Part shown: positions 43,601 through 53,500 of the stretch, one piece after another
Layout of the letters: every line of letters begins with the position of its first letter
How positions within the stretch are numbered: position 1 is the first letter of the stretch
DNA from: Tubiluchus corallicola
Lineage: Eukaryota; Animalia; Priapulida
Assembly (NCBI GenBank): GCA_030141605.1
Contig: JAQGDQ010000087.1
Coordinates: 496,001-560,000, forward strand
DNA: 64,000 nt
Direction of reading: 5' to 3'
Position numbers and translations under genes: made by a program
Notes under the pieces: generated by a model
Database searches by the model: none
What the model saw: the letters and a program-made list of their open reading frames with translations, nothing else
What the model was told of the DNA's origin: nothing

Positions 43601-45872
43601 ATTATACCAATCGCAAAGCATGGCTAATTGGCACATATTGCTCAAAGACTGAAGCACAGGGAATGAACACTTTTAAACTTGCTTTGTTCCACTGCACCAC
43701 AGAAAGTGACTATAAAATTAAAGATAGTGGATCGATTAACAGGTGAAGCCAAATCTTTTTCGACTATCGAAGAAAACTGAGAATGACTGAGATTACCAAT
43801 GTGCAATGTAGATGAGATAGTAAGTTAAGTATTGCAAGTTGTGGGATACTTATGATATTGTTAGAGTTACTAGACGTCTCATCCCATATTTTATAATTTT
43901 GTCCCCTGTCCTGTACTGACCTTTCAAGGACACCCAAATGTCCAGTATTTAGTTCGATTTCAAATTTCGTAATAAAAACATATTTTTACTACCTACCAGC
44001 CTATTTGTCACTTGTTCAGTTGCTATGGTTAACGTTTTACTTTCCAGTTTAAATAATTTTTTAGTTCATTTTCTGTATTATTTGTATTAAATAATAATTT
44101 TCAAAATTATTTTCCTTTATATTTTTATTCTGTCTCTATTGAATAAGAATTTTGCAATGATTGCACTTTCTCAGAATTCGTTTAGTTATCTATATTGCCT
44201 GTACTAAATAATAATAATAATTCTCTGCTGTCTGTATTAAATAAATATTTTCAAATTATTTCACTTTCACAATTTTTTTTTAGCTTGTATTAAATAATTT
44301 TCAAAGGATTTTACTTCTGTTTTCCTCATAATCCATTTTATGAAATCTTTGCTTTATGTTTTCATACCTGTCAACCTATTATTAGCGTTGCCCTTATATA
44401 GGGTCTTGCTAAACCTTATAAGACAGCACGGGACCTTACCGAATCTGAAAATATGTTAATTTGCTGGGAGCCAACAGAAACAGACCAGTCACGAGATCGC
44501 ATATCAGTCCACACAACAACAAAAATCATTGAAACATGATTTTATTGTCTTGTTTTCATGAAAAAAAACTATTTAGTTATGGTGTGATATTATTTATGTA
44601 TGCATATCAGATGGAACAAACACTTAACTTTATATATACATATATATTAAAAAAAAGACAAAACACATAAAAACGAGAGAGGGTTCAAGTTAATCTCACA
44701 TTCTTCCTTATAGTTTTATTCCGAAAAGTTTTAGTTTTCGCCACACTTTCCTTGTGTCCACGTGTTGAGAAATGGCTCTTCAGGTCGTAAAACCCGGACG
44801 CTCGCACTTTCACATTTTTCCTACATGGAACACAAAACGAGTAGTCGGAGCCTTCTGACGAGGCTTTCACCCATCCAGCGTGTGCTCCACCACAAAACTT
44901 TGGGCTCTCCCATTCTTTTAAATGACGTCCAGTTCCAGTTTTTTGCTTTTTCGCCGGAGGAACACGTTCGCTTGCCATGTTTTTTTTCACGAATGAAATA
45001 GCAGAAGTGGTTAACCGGATGTTAAAAATTATTAGCTGAGTGTGCGCAATGACAACGTTTGAACGGAAGTAAGATCGTCTGCATGAAAGTACCGATCGAA
45101 AAGGGAATATTCGATGCGATTATTTTCGCTGAGCAACATTTTGATTTTGCCGTATATTTTTCTTTTCGCCGTATGGATTTTCTTGTAAGCCGTATTGGGC
45201 CAAAAATGCATTTTTGCCGTACAGCAATACGGCCAAACCGTATAGGTTGACAGGTATGTGTTTTTAACTTATTTCTCTACTTTTATTATTGGTCTATGTA
45301 TGTAGGCATGTATTCTTTTATACATATATAGTACTATATATGGAGAGAGATTTTAAGAGTGTCCCACATTTCTAATTTTCTAATCTGGCAACCGTAGACA
45401 TTGTACATGTACACACGTGTGCAAAACTTGACAAATCTGTTTACATAAAAATAATGGGAGATATAGACAAAATTTGTATTCACCTTAACTTGTATTAATT
45501 AAGTAGTAATAATTCTCCAAAACCACATAAGTGCAATCTACTTAAAATTCTATGGTAACTATACAACACTGTTGCACATATCTTGTGTCTATGTGTCTTA
45601 GTAAAGGTCTAGCACAACTGTTTTAGCTCATTTAACACACTACTGTACTAGTCTTGATTAATGAAGCCTTGCATGGGCCAAATTTACAAATAATGGGCAC
45701 TAGCAAAACTGACATTATGGTATAGCTATAGGAATAATCTCCTCAATAATTAAAAACCTTCGACTTCCAAAGTTGCGACATACAGTACAGTAGTCTACAT
45801 AATACAAGCAACATGCACTCATTTCCAATGGAATTAATCTTACCTGCGTTTTTCTCTAAAAACGCTTGACAT
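10797..45872 (-). CDS. HIF1A: Hypoxia-inducible factor alpha subunit (bHLH-PAS), multi-exon; 3' end unresolved
   Basis: Exons 45844-45872, 29544-29731, 26868-27010, 24897-25073, 22109-22281, 21666-21772, 17273-17420, 15887-16053 and 10797-10880 all have GT-AG ends and matching phases. Translation includes [21 protein letters not shown]...LDKASLMR (bHLH), YLKALDGFL and HPCDH (PAS-A), [13 protein letters not shown] and [12 protein letters not shown] (PAS-B/PAC), and [10 protein letters not shown] (NODD). The symbol denotes the HIF-alpha family, not 1:1 orthology. Confidence 0.95.
13636..13712 (-). mobile_element. Degenerate tRNA-derived SINE head
   Basis: Minus strand GTGTCCGAGTGCCTTAAGGCA...GGCTCAAATTC. 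Confidence 0.45.
14298..14356. repeat. 23-bp tandem repeat, about 2.6 copies
   Basis: CTGTACCTGATCAAAAACAGGCG repeated. Confidence 0.85.
15887..16053 (-). CDS. HIF1A: HIF-alpha post-PAS linker exon
   Basis: [16 protein letters not shown]...FSTDTVFSP...GSLT; the ILSLEQ motif is typical after the HIF PAC; ttccag| and |gtacgt. Confidence 0.9.
17273..17420 (-). CDS. HIF1A: HIF-alpha PAC exon
   Basis: [50 protein letters not shown]; ttttgcag| and |gtagat. Confidence 0.95.
21666..21772 (-). CDS. HIF1A: HIF-alpha PAS-B exon
   Basis: [35 protein letters not shown]; tttgcag| and |gtaagt; phase 2 in, phase 1 out. Confidence 0.93.
21883..21950. repeat. (TATG)n microsatellite
   Basis: Pure tetranucleotide run. 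Confidence 0.97.
22109..22281 (-). CDS. HIF1A: HIF-alpha PAS-A end / PAS-B start exon
   Basis: VVHCMG...[35 protein letters not shown]; ttttcag| and |gtgagt. Confidence 0.95.
24897..25073 (-). CDS. HIF1A: HIF-alpha PAS-A exon (second part)
   Basis: [24 protein letters not shown]...[24 protein letters not shown]|gtaagc. Confidence 0.96.
26868..27010 (-). CDS. HIF1A: HIF-alpha PAS-A exon (first part)
   Basis: [47 protein letters not shown]; tag| and |gtttgt; phase 1 in, phase 0 out. Confidence 0.95.
28270..28528. repeat. 74-bp minisatellite, about 3.5 copies (HIF intron)
   Basis: Units start at 28270, 28344, 28418 and 28492 (ACAACATACAGTACTACTGGCCTTAAACCTGGCCTACGTTCCATGGCCAGAAGGTAAAATTGTACAAACTAAGC). 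Confidence 0.95.
29544..29731 (-). CDS. HIF1A: HIF-alpha bHLH exon
   Basis: ttttcttag|A AAT TCA GAA... encodes [62 protein letters not shown], then |gtaagt. Confidence 0.96.
30974..31136. repeat. (TCA/TCG)n trinucleotide repeat
   Basis: Degenerate run giving spurious poly-Ser and poly-Met ORFs. Confidence 0.9.
31633..31666. repeat. (GA)n microsatellite
   Basis: Pure dinucleotide run. Confidence 0.97.
31764..31936 (-). CDS. Candidate alternative first exon of HIF-alpha (57 codons, Tyr-rich)
   Basis: ATG-initiated [23 protein letters not shown]...[11 protein letters not shown] then AG|gtacgt; phase 2 matches the bHLH exon. Confidence 0.55.
32296..32339 (-). CDS. Candidate alternative first exon of HIF-alpha ([14 protein letters not shown])
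   Basis: ATG...ACG AT|gtgagt, phase 2; CpG-enriched sequence directly upstream (32380-32500). Confidence 0.45.
33441..33512 (+). mobile_element. Degenerate tRNA-derived SINE head
   Basis: GGTGCGCAAGTGGTTTAG...GAGTTCAACACCC A/B boxes. Confidence 0.45.
34989..35038 (-). CDS. Candidate alternative first exon of HIF-alpha ([16 protein letters not shown])
   Basis: ATG...TAC AG|gtaagc, strong donor, phase 2; immediately downstream of a (GT)n/poly-G tract on the minus strand. Confidence 0.35.
35039..35118. repeat. (CA)n with poly-C tracts
   Basis: Direct reading. Confidence 0.9.
40654..40813. repeat. G/T-only low-complexity tract
   Basis: About 160 bp composed essentially only of G and T. Confidence 0.9.
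43862..45396. mobile_element. Old non-autonomous hAT-like element (host of a nested insertion)
   Basis: Degenerate TIRs TAGAGTTACTAGA / TCTGGCAACCGTA; 8-bp flanks gatattgt / gacattgt (7/8 match); GTCCC-type subterminal motifs. Confidence 0.65.
44363..45258 (-). mobile_element. Internally deleted DNA transposon (hAT-like) with zinc-finger transposase remnant
   Basis: Perfect 17-bp TIR CATACCTGTCAACCTAT; 6-bp TSD TGTTTT; ORF 44685-44990 contains W...FCVPC...[11 protein letters not shown], like the BED/TTF-type finger at the N-terminus of hAT transposases. Confidence 0.85.
45844..45872 (-). CDS. HIF1A: HIF-alpha distal first coding exon ([10 protein letters not shown])
   Basis: ATG TCA AGC GTT TTT AGA GAA AAA CGC AG|gtaaga. 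The phase-2 donor joins exon 2 to give [14 protein letters not shown], the typical short basic HIF-alpha N-terminus. Confidence 0.8.
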
Positions 45873-47643
45873 TATCTGATAACTCTCAGGTCACAAACAT
45901 CTGTCTGCCTAAATTCACTAACAATAAAAGTTACAGTTTGCTGAAAAATAAAAACGGTAAATTAAACTTTCAGGAAAATTAAAAGATTCCTGGTCGTTCA
46001 ACACTCACAAAACAAGGTCAAAATGACGACTGCATTTATAGCGCCATCTATGAATCAAATTTGGTAACTTTCTATGTTTATGTGTGCATGATCCATTAAT
46101 TGTGTGGCATTAAAAAATCAGTACCTATTTGACACTAATAAGATATTTTGAACAAATCCAACTTTATTAAGCGGAATGATTTATCTGTTTCACGAATAGG
46201 CATACGCAGATAATATTGCCATTCAAATTTGAGATTATTCTAGTCATTTTTAATGATTTATTTTGTGATTTCTTCTTAATTAGTTTGTAATAATCGACCA
46301 GGAATAATTAAGTCCAACACACATTTCAATAGTTATGTGAACATTGTGTTTCTTGCATTCGTGTATGTTGGTAACAGTATTTTTGAACGCATGAAATAGG
46401 ATAAAAAACTTGTAACTAAGACTATAGCTACTCAAAAATAAATTACTTCCTTTTTTACTTTCTCTTAAATCTGATTAAAACAATAATCAAGTTTGGTAAG
46501 CACAAACTCAACGAATACCAAGTTGATAATTTCTGGTGAATATTCTAAAAAATCGACTTCGTTTTAGACAACATCTCTTCAATGTATGATACTCAAATTT
46601 TACAGAAATAGTCAAATGCTGTTTACAAAATGGGAAAATTATTTGTTAGGGCTTGAAACAAAATAACTAGGCTAGATTCTTAGTTTTAGAAGCCATTATT
46701 CACAGATAAAAAACTTTGAGGTTTGATTATAAATTTTTCTTGCAATAAAAATGAAGACAATATAATATTTAATAAATTTCTATTTGAATCTGTGTTTGTA
46801 CAGTATGATGCTATAAATCAATTTTGTAGCAATGCCCTACAATTATTTTCCTATTATGCAAGTATTATTAAAGAAGAAACACCTCTTAAAACCCTCACCT
46901 TTGCTATGCAATGAAACTTTAATTGACAATGAGGCATTGAAAAATTATCTGTTATCAACTCTTATTAGTTAACAATAAGGTTGCTGACAGGCCAAGTCAC
47001 TTGAAACAATTATTGTTTCCATTTGCTGGAACATGAGTCGCAGTTACAAATTTGACAAGAAACATAGTAAGGCAGCACTGAAACACAATTTAATAAGTCT
47101 TTTAACTAAAGCTAAACGACAAAACCAGAAAAGCTCATGCTTGAAAGATTTAACTTCTCATACATTTTACAATTACAGTAAACTTCTTTATACCACCCAC
47201 TTTGGGACCATAAGAAATTTGGCGTCATAGTGAGATTGGCATCATAGAGAGGTGTGTTCAATTTTGCCACAGACAAATTGCAAAACAGGCAGACAAGTGT
47301 ACACAGATTAGACTCCCCAATTTTTGCTCTAAAGGTCAAAGAATGAAAAGAAAACTCATCATCACAAAATTATTCATTTGTGAATTAATAACTCAATCAA
47401 ATCAATGATCTTTATTATGAACTTTTTGTTTACGTAATAAACATGTCCTGTATTCAAATACATCATATAAAAGACTGTAGGCCAACTGCTCCATTAAACA
47501 CATCAGTATGTAAAAAAAGATTAAGTCATAACTACGAACTTCTCCCTGGGATTGTCTGATTTCTAATGTAATAAGTTTATTGGCAAACAATTAACACAAT
47601 AGTAAACAAGCTACTATCACACTACATGCTGGTGAAAAAAATC

Positions 47644-47891
47644 CACGTGTTTTCTTATCAGTTCCCATTACGACTACGTGCCAGTACGTGGTGCATTCAT
47701 TGTGATTATACAGCACATTCTTTTATACAACTCGTGACGTCTAGCCAGTGTCTATGACTCAGCCAGACATGTAGCAGCCTCATACAGTGGGCATTCTTAC
47801 TAAGAAACCACTGGCAGTTGAGAGAATTGAGGCTGCTGGCGGTATTTCCCCATTGAACACATATATTAATTTGCCTGGTGGATAGCACGTA
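47644..47891. promoter_or_regulatory. Cluster of hypoxia-response-element cores upstream of HIF-alpha
   Basis: CACGTG 47644, TACGTG 47675, TACGTG 47685, CACGTA 47886. Confidence 0.45.
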
Positions 47892-48262
47892 ATAGGTGGC
47901 GGTATATCGGGTTATTTTTATATACATTTGAGTACAGCCGCTTCAGGTGGTATAATATAACGGGGGGTAGCTTAACTAATCATAAAACGAATGTGTACAC
48001 TAACTAATATTTTCGCTGCTTTGATACATGGTTCCTAAAACAACACACACGAAAATTCCTTTCGTTGAAGTTAACTCAAACTACCCTGATATTTCAAAAC
48101 TAGTTCCAGCACTCATAGCATTCTTTGTATTGCGTTTAGCATCTCCACAGTCACAACTCAAGCCACAAGCTTAGAAGCAACGTATCACAGTAGGTGCAAA
48201 CTCCCACTCATTGCGAGTGACTCGCTTCAGTACAATTGCCCTCACGTGATGGCAAGGCACTT

Positions 48263-50791
48263 TTAACATGGTTTTGAATATGATGAAAGTTCTTGTTCTA
48301 ATTCTTTTATTTCATCAAGAAGTTTACATTTCTTCAACTTTAACTGAAGCAATACATCTAAAAATACAATAAATGATGATTGAAAAAATGCATGAGAAAA
48401 AACCTGATGCACATGTCAGGTGTATTTCAAAGATTTTGCAAATTCATGACATACAGAGTCTTAATTTTTAGCTGTAACAAATCTACAGCACATAGACTTT
48501 CAAAATTTGACAGGTGCTAAGATCTCAATTGTATTATAATATTTGAAACATTAAAGAAATTTAACGTGGAACTTTTGAAGCAGTTAAACATATATTATGT
48601 ACCAACACAGCTGCAGATGACACACAGTTACATAAGAAATTGTCATATAATGGTAATTCCCAACATACAGTGTATAACCATTATAATGAACACAGTTTAT
48701 TGCGAACACACCGGTAATGCAAACTCACAAAAGGGAAGGAACTTTCGACATTTATTTAGCTAGTATAATAGCTTTCATTACAGCATGCTCTGTTATTGCA
48801 TATTGCGAACTTCTTGTCAGGTCAAATTGTTTGCATTACTATGTATTTATAAGTTTTTATTGCGTACTTTACCTTTACAGCCATTTGCAAGTTAATTTAC
48901 AGTTAAATTTAACCCATCATTCTTGGTGCTGCAAAAAAGTTGCTGAGCAAGCAGCATGCGGAGTTATGACATGTCGAAAAGTCATTTTGTCTACTACTGT
49001 ATAAAAATAATGAGTCACTCAGCAGTTTATCATCAAGCTGTTTTGCTTATGTATGTACAATGGCAGCGCACTGCTGAGATGTTTTTTTCATACAAGTGAT
49101 AAATCCTATGCAAAAACTTTTCATAAAAGGGACAAACAATAAAAATTTTTTATGCAAACAAAATTGACTGACTTTTTTGAATCTCGTTGACTTTACTAAA
49201 CAAATCAAGTAAATTTAAAACAGAACATGCACACGCAATTTAGCATGGAAACGTTTGATAATTTTTAGTTTATTGAAATTACATACTTTTCATTGAATTT
49301 AACTATGCTGCAAATTAGTTGTTACTTGACAACATCTTCTAAAAGTAGTTACAATCCGCTATGAAGCCACACATTGTACATTATGTATACACTTTTATTG
49401 TTAATAGTCCCTCTAGTAGTCATACACATGTGATTAGCCGCATATGCTTATAGAGTACCTCGGTTATGGAGCACTTTTTCTGGGTCCTTGGGCAGGTTCA
49501 CTAGACTAATGTTATACTGTACATTAAACATAATAGCAGTTAGGTATAATACCATAAATGACAAAAAAAATTTGTCGCAATAAAGTAAAGAATAAAAGTC
49601 AAGTCACCTTCAGTTAATTCTGGATGTTGTTGAAGTTCTGCTACAATATGGAGAGCTTTATCATGAGTTGAAGAAGTGCATGTACCTTCACTACAGTCAC
49701 CCCATTTTGTTTCAAGGTATTTTTTCTCTACTACCTAAATGCAATATTAAGTAGCATAATTAAACAAAGCTTATTAATGATAATAATTCAGTAACTAGTC
49801 TGGCATGCAAAACATTGGGTTACTACATTACAGAGTTTTTTCTGACCAAATGCCTAGACACTATTTAACCATTACCATGGAATCCGTTTTATCATAAAAA
49901 TTAGAGTGCAAAGTTACCTATTGTGCAGTCACAATAAAAAAGCTGGCTAAGAGCTAACTACATCAAAAACAAAGAGAATGATACCACCTTCGTGAACCAG
50001 GGGTCGGTTTCACAAAGTTGTCACTAAGTTAACAACATCATTATTACATTCAATTAACTATTAATAACGACATAGTCAAGTTAGTGACGGCTTTGTGAAA
50101 CTGGGCCCAGATCTGTTTATAAGATTACAACGCAAGCGAGTTACCCAAAAAGATCCTCCTAACTATTTACCACATAATAACATTTTCTAATTGTTAATAT
50201 CACACAACCGAATAAAACTACCTATATGCGGTTTTTATTTACTTTTGTAGTGCTACATTTTAAGGCAGCACATGAATTCTGTAACAAAATCACTGTAGTT
50301 ATTACAGAGCCTTATGGCTTCTTTTCCAGCCAAAAAAACATCCCTGTTAAATAGCCATGCGGAAAAGACCAGATTCACCTCCTAAGCCAAAAAACATCCC
50401 AGTTAAATAGCAATGTGGAAAAGAAGCCATAAGGCTCACTAGTCTCTCTTGTACTGATCACTGCCTTAAACTACTTGGGCAATAAATCAGGACTGTCTAT
50501 GTAAAAACTTTTACTCATAGTATACTACACCTAAGCTGAAAATTATCACAAAAAACATAGCAAGTTCGGAACATTACATATCTCAAATTACACACTTATG
50601 GAGCAACTTAGGACAAGAATATTTACCTGTGACAAATGCTTTATATCCATGCACAACTTTTTAACATTATTAGAAATTCTGTTTTGTTCCTGTTCCTCTT
50701 CATATCGCTGTTCAGCTGCAGCTTTATATGCTTCTTTATCTACGATATCCACTGTCGTTGACGTCACTTCTTCAGAATTCTCAAAGCTCAT
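48263..50791 (-). CDS. Unidentified 3-exon protein (about 128 aa or more, coiled-coil-like)
   Basis: Exons 50627-50791 (acceptor at 50814), 49608-49734 and 48263-48357 join in phase: MSFENSEE...KHLSQ/VVEKKYLETKW...HPELTE/DVLLQLKLKKCKLLDEIKELEQELSSYSKPC*. Confidence 0.75.
50001..50107. mobile_element. Short palindromic MITE (PIF/Harbinger-like)
   Basis: TIR GGGTCGGTTTCACAAAG / CTTTGTGAAACTGGGCC, flanked by CAG on both sides. Confidence 0.65.
50307..50437. mobile_element. Small element with perfect 22-bp terminal inverted repeats and an internal direct duplication
   Basis: GAGCCTTATGGCTTCTTTTCCA / TGGAAAAGAAGCCATAAGGCTC; two internal copies of AGCCAAAAAAACATCCC.GTTAAATAGC; no clear TSD. Confidence 0.6.
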
Positions 50792-53084
50792 GTTTGTAAC
50801 ATGCTTATTGTTATCTGTAAATAAAATAATGGTAACAAATCAATAACATGTACGTGCCTGTGGAGCAGTTATTCACATGTGCATACAAAACTCTGTTGAA
50901 AATTAGATCTGTTGGGAGCGGAGTAGGACACTACTAGCCAAAGTAGGAGAATTTGTGTACTTGGGCTAGCCTATATTATTAATAGTAACAATTGAAAACG
51001 TCAAGACATGTTGAAATTATACATCTGATAAAATAAAATAATCTTATACGGCCAATAAGTATGGCTTCGATATTAATCCTTTTGAGGTGAAATAAGCCCA
51101 CTTGTTAGGTGATTCCAACGTTTGCTTAAGGTATAATCATTTTTATTTGATCTTGCTTGCTTTACAGACAAGTGATCTGTTTCACTACCTCTTGGACAAA
51201 TAATTGTTTTCTACTAAGTAAACGGGCTAGCGAGCTATGAGCCCCACATAGTTTCTCTCTTTAAAGCATTAGATACTTAGTTAATGTTATAATTATATTA
51301 ATGGAGCTAATAATAACGATGATATTATTATTACGTTTGTAAATAATACATTTGTAAATTGTCACTAGGACTATCAATCATTATTATAAAGTTGACTTTT
51401 TTCTAAAACAAATTTAGTTTTATATTTTATTATGTCATAATTCTCGATTCTCGACAGAAATTGCCAGTGCCCTACATGGGCTGTCCATGTACGATACTTA
51501 GCGTAGGTGTCCTACTTCGGCTAGCGGCATACTCCACGCCCTATAAGATCAATTCTGTGCGAAAAACGATTCAATCCCATACCCTTATTAGATATGAACC
51601 TATAACTTTAGTGAATGGGCTCTGGCGATCGATCTGGCCACTTGCGATCTCAGTTGCAACTGTGGCATCTTATAAGCCTCTTTCAAGTCACCTCTCAGTC
51701 TCTGGTAAGCTAGTGTTGGCAATTTAAGGAACTTCAACTAGTCAGTATACGATAATTCTCTCAAGTCACTAAGCCTTCTTGTCACATTTCTTTATGCTTG
51801 TTCCAGCTGATCTATATATTTCACCATTGATGGGTGCCACACTGAGCTTGAAAACTCCAAATGGGGCCTTGCAATCGCTTTGTGCAGACAGATAAACATA
51901 CAATGGGTAGGGTTACCTGTCTAAGGGTAAGTGGTAAATGTTCCATCTTAAGTAATTGGCCTTATATTGACGTTCTAGCAAAAAATTACAGTCTAGATGG
52001 TTCTGCTGTCAGCACAAATAAAATTAATTATGATGTATTAGTTTAATACTTTTAATACTATTAAAAACAATAACCTGCAAAACTGTGAAACCCACATCGT
52101 TACTTGCTGACACTTACAATTTTCAAAAGGTGGCGCTACTAATATGGAAAAGCTTTGAGAAGATTTCTTGTCTTGTGTTGATAGAGATGGAAACCCCAGA
52201 AAGGTAAAACCATTATTACGCGCTTGAATCACTGTAGAGAGCAGGATGCCTAGGGAGTAACCCGTGCATAATTGCCAACTAGTATGGGACGTAGGAAATT
52301 AATATGAAACACATATAGAACGTTTGTGCTTGTACAGCATCTTGCATATAGATCACCATATACTATCACAATCCACGTCTCTGCATATCATCTTCCCACT
52401 ATACACGGCAGGCGATAAGCCCATTGCTGTACATGGTGAGGCGATACAAGGCAAGTTGATATGCACCGCTGTGGTGTAGGGGATGTGGCAAGCACGAACG
52501 TCCCACTAGTATTTTCAGGCACCAGCTACAGTTATTTATTACTTAATAAAATGATAATGTTAGTTAATGCTAGTTAGCTAGAGCTTCCGGGTAACCCTTT
52601 CACTTGTCACTTGGTGCTACTCACACAGTAACACTAACAGTGTCAGTACGCAGTTATGAAAAAGTGCTTGCTGGTTTATACAGTATATAGAATGAGCACT
52701 AAACTTTCAAACTTTTAATAATTTTGTTCAGGTTCAGTTTCTCTGAATGTCATGGGGTGGACTGTAAGTAACTATAATTCTTGTTCTTGTCTAAGATTTT
52801 CCAAATACAGTTCGACTTCATTTTGAAGACTCTTACCCAGTATGAGTGTGCATGCCAAACAATCAGAATCAGAAGACTGGTGAGGATAGTTAAAGGATAA
52901 TGGAAATTAGGTATCTGGGAATGAAGTGATAATAATTGTGCGTGCTTCTGAAAATAGTGTGTCCAATAAGCTCCTTATTGCAAGAGCACTATCCCTTCAC
53001 CTGGGAAGAGCCCTCATTGGTGTATCAATGTCCATCATTGGACTTATGCTTTAGATTACCTGCAGACAACAGGTGACGGATACG

Positions 53085-53500
53085 TTACCACATTATCATT
53101 GTGCAAATTCCATTCCAGGATGTTGTGAATGAAGAACAAGTGCTTGAAGTATTTGCCACTGCCAATAGATATATGATGTGCCTGTTAAGTTTCAGCTCAA
53201 ATTGCGGCAGAGTGAAATTTTGACATAAATGGCATCTGGACAGCAACAGTTCAGTGTATTTTGTAAAACATTACTAGTCTCACACTCTGTTTCCTAATAG
53301 GTAACGTTGACCAGTGGGTGAAATGTCTGCAGCATATCCCTCTCTAGAGGTGTGATGGTATTGATGTAGAGCAAATCTTTCTGCTCTCTATTGAACCATT
53401 TTAACTTGGCTTATTAGTACTTGCGTTTAAAGGTCCCTGTCTGGCAGAATTACAAAGTGGGCCACACAAGTGCAACGTAGGCTTTGTTATTCATCTTAGG
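53085..53500 (-). mobile_element. Decayed LINE ORF2 3' fragment
   Basis: Minus-strand translation gives KAYVALVWPTL*, MVQ*RAERFALHQYHHTS and YFKHLFF..ILEWN, matching the post-RT C-terminal motifs of invertebrate LINEs (AY..LVRP.LEY / VQRRAARF / SFFPR...WN), with stops and frameshifts. Confidence 0.75.

Noticed and set aside
51460-52540. Possible LTR-retrotransposon or coding region (slightly higher GC)
   Set aside because: No RT, integrase or protease motif and no convincing exon found on manual translation
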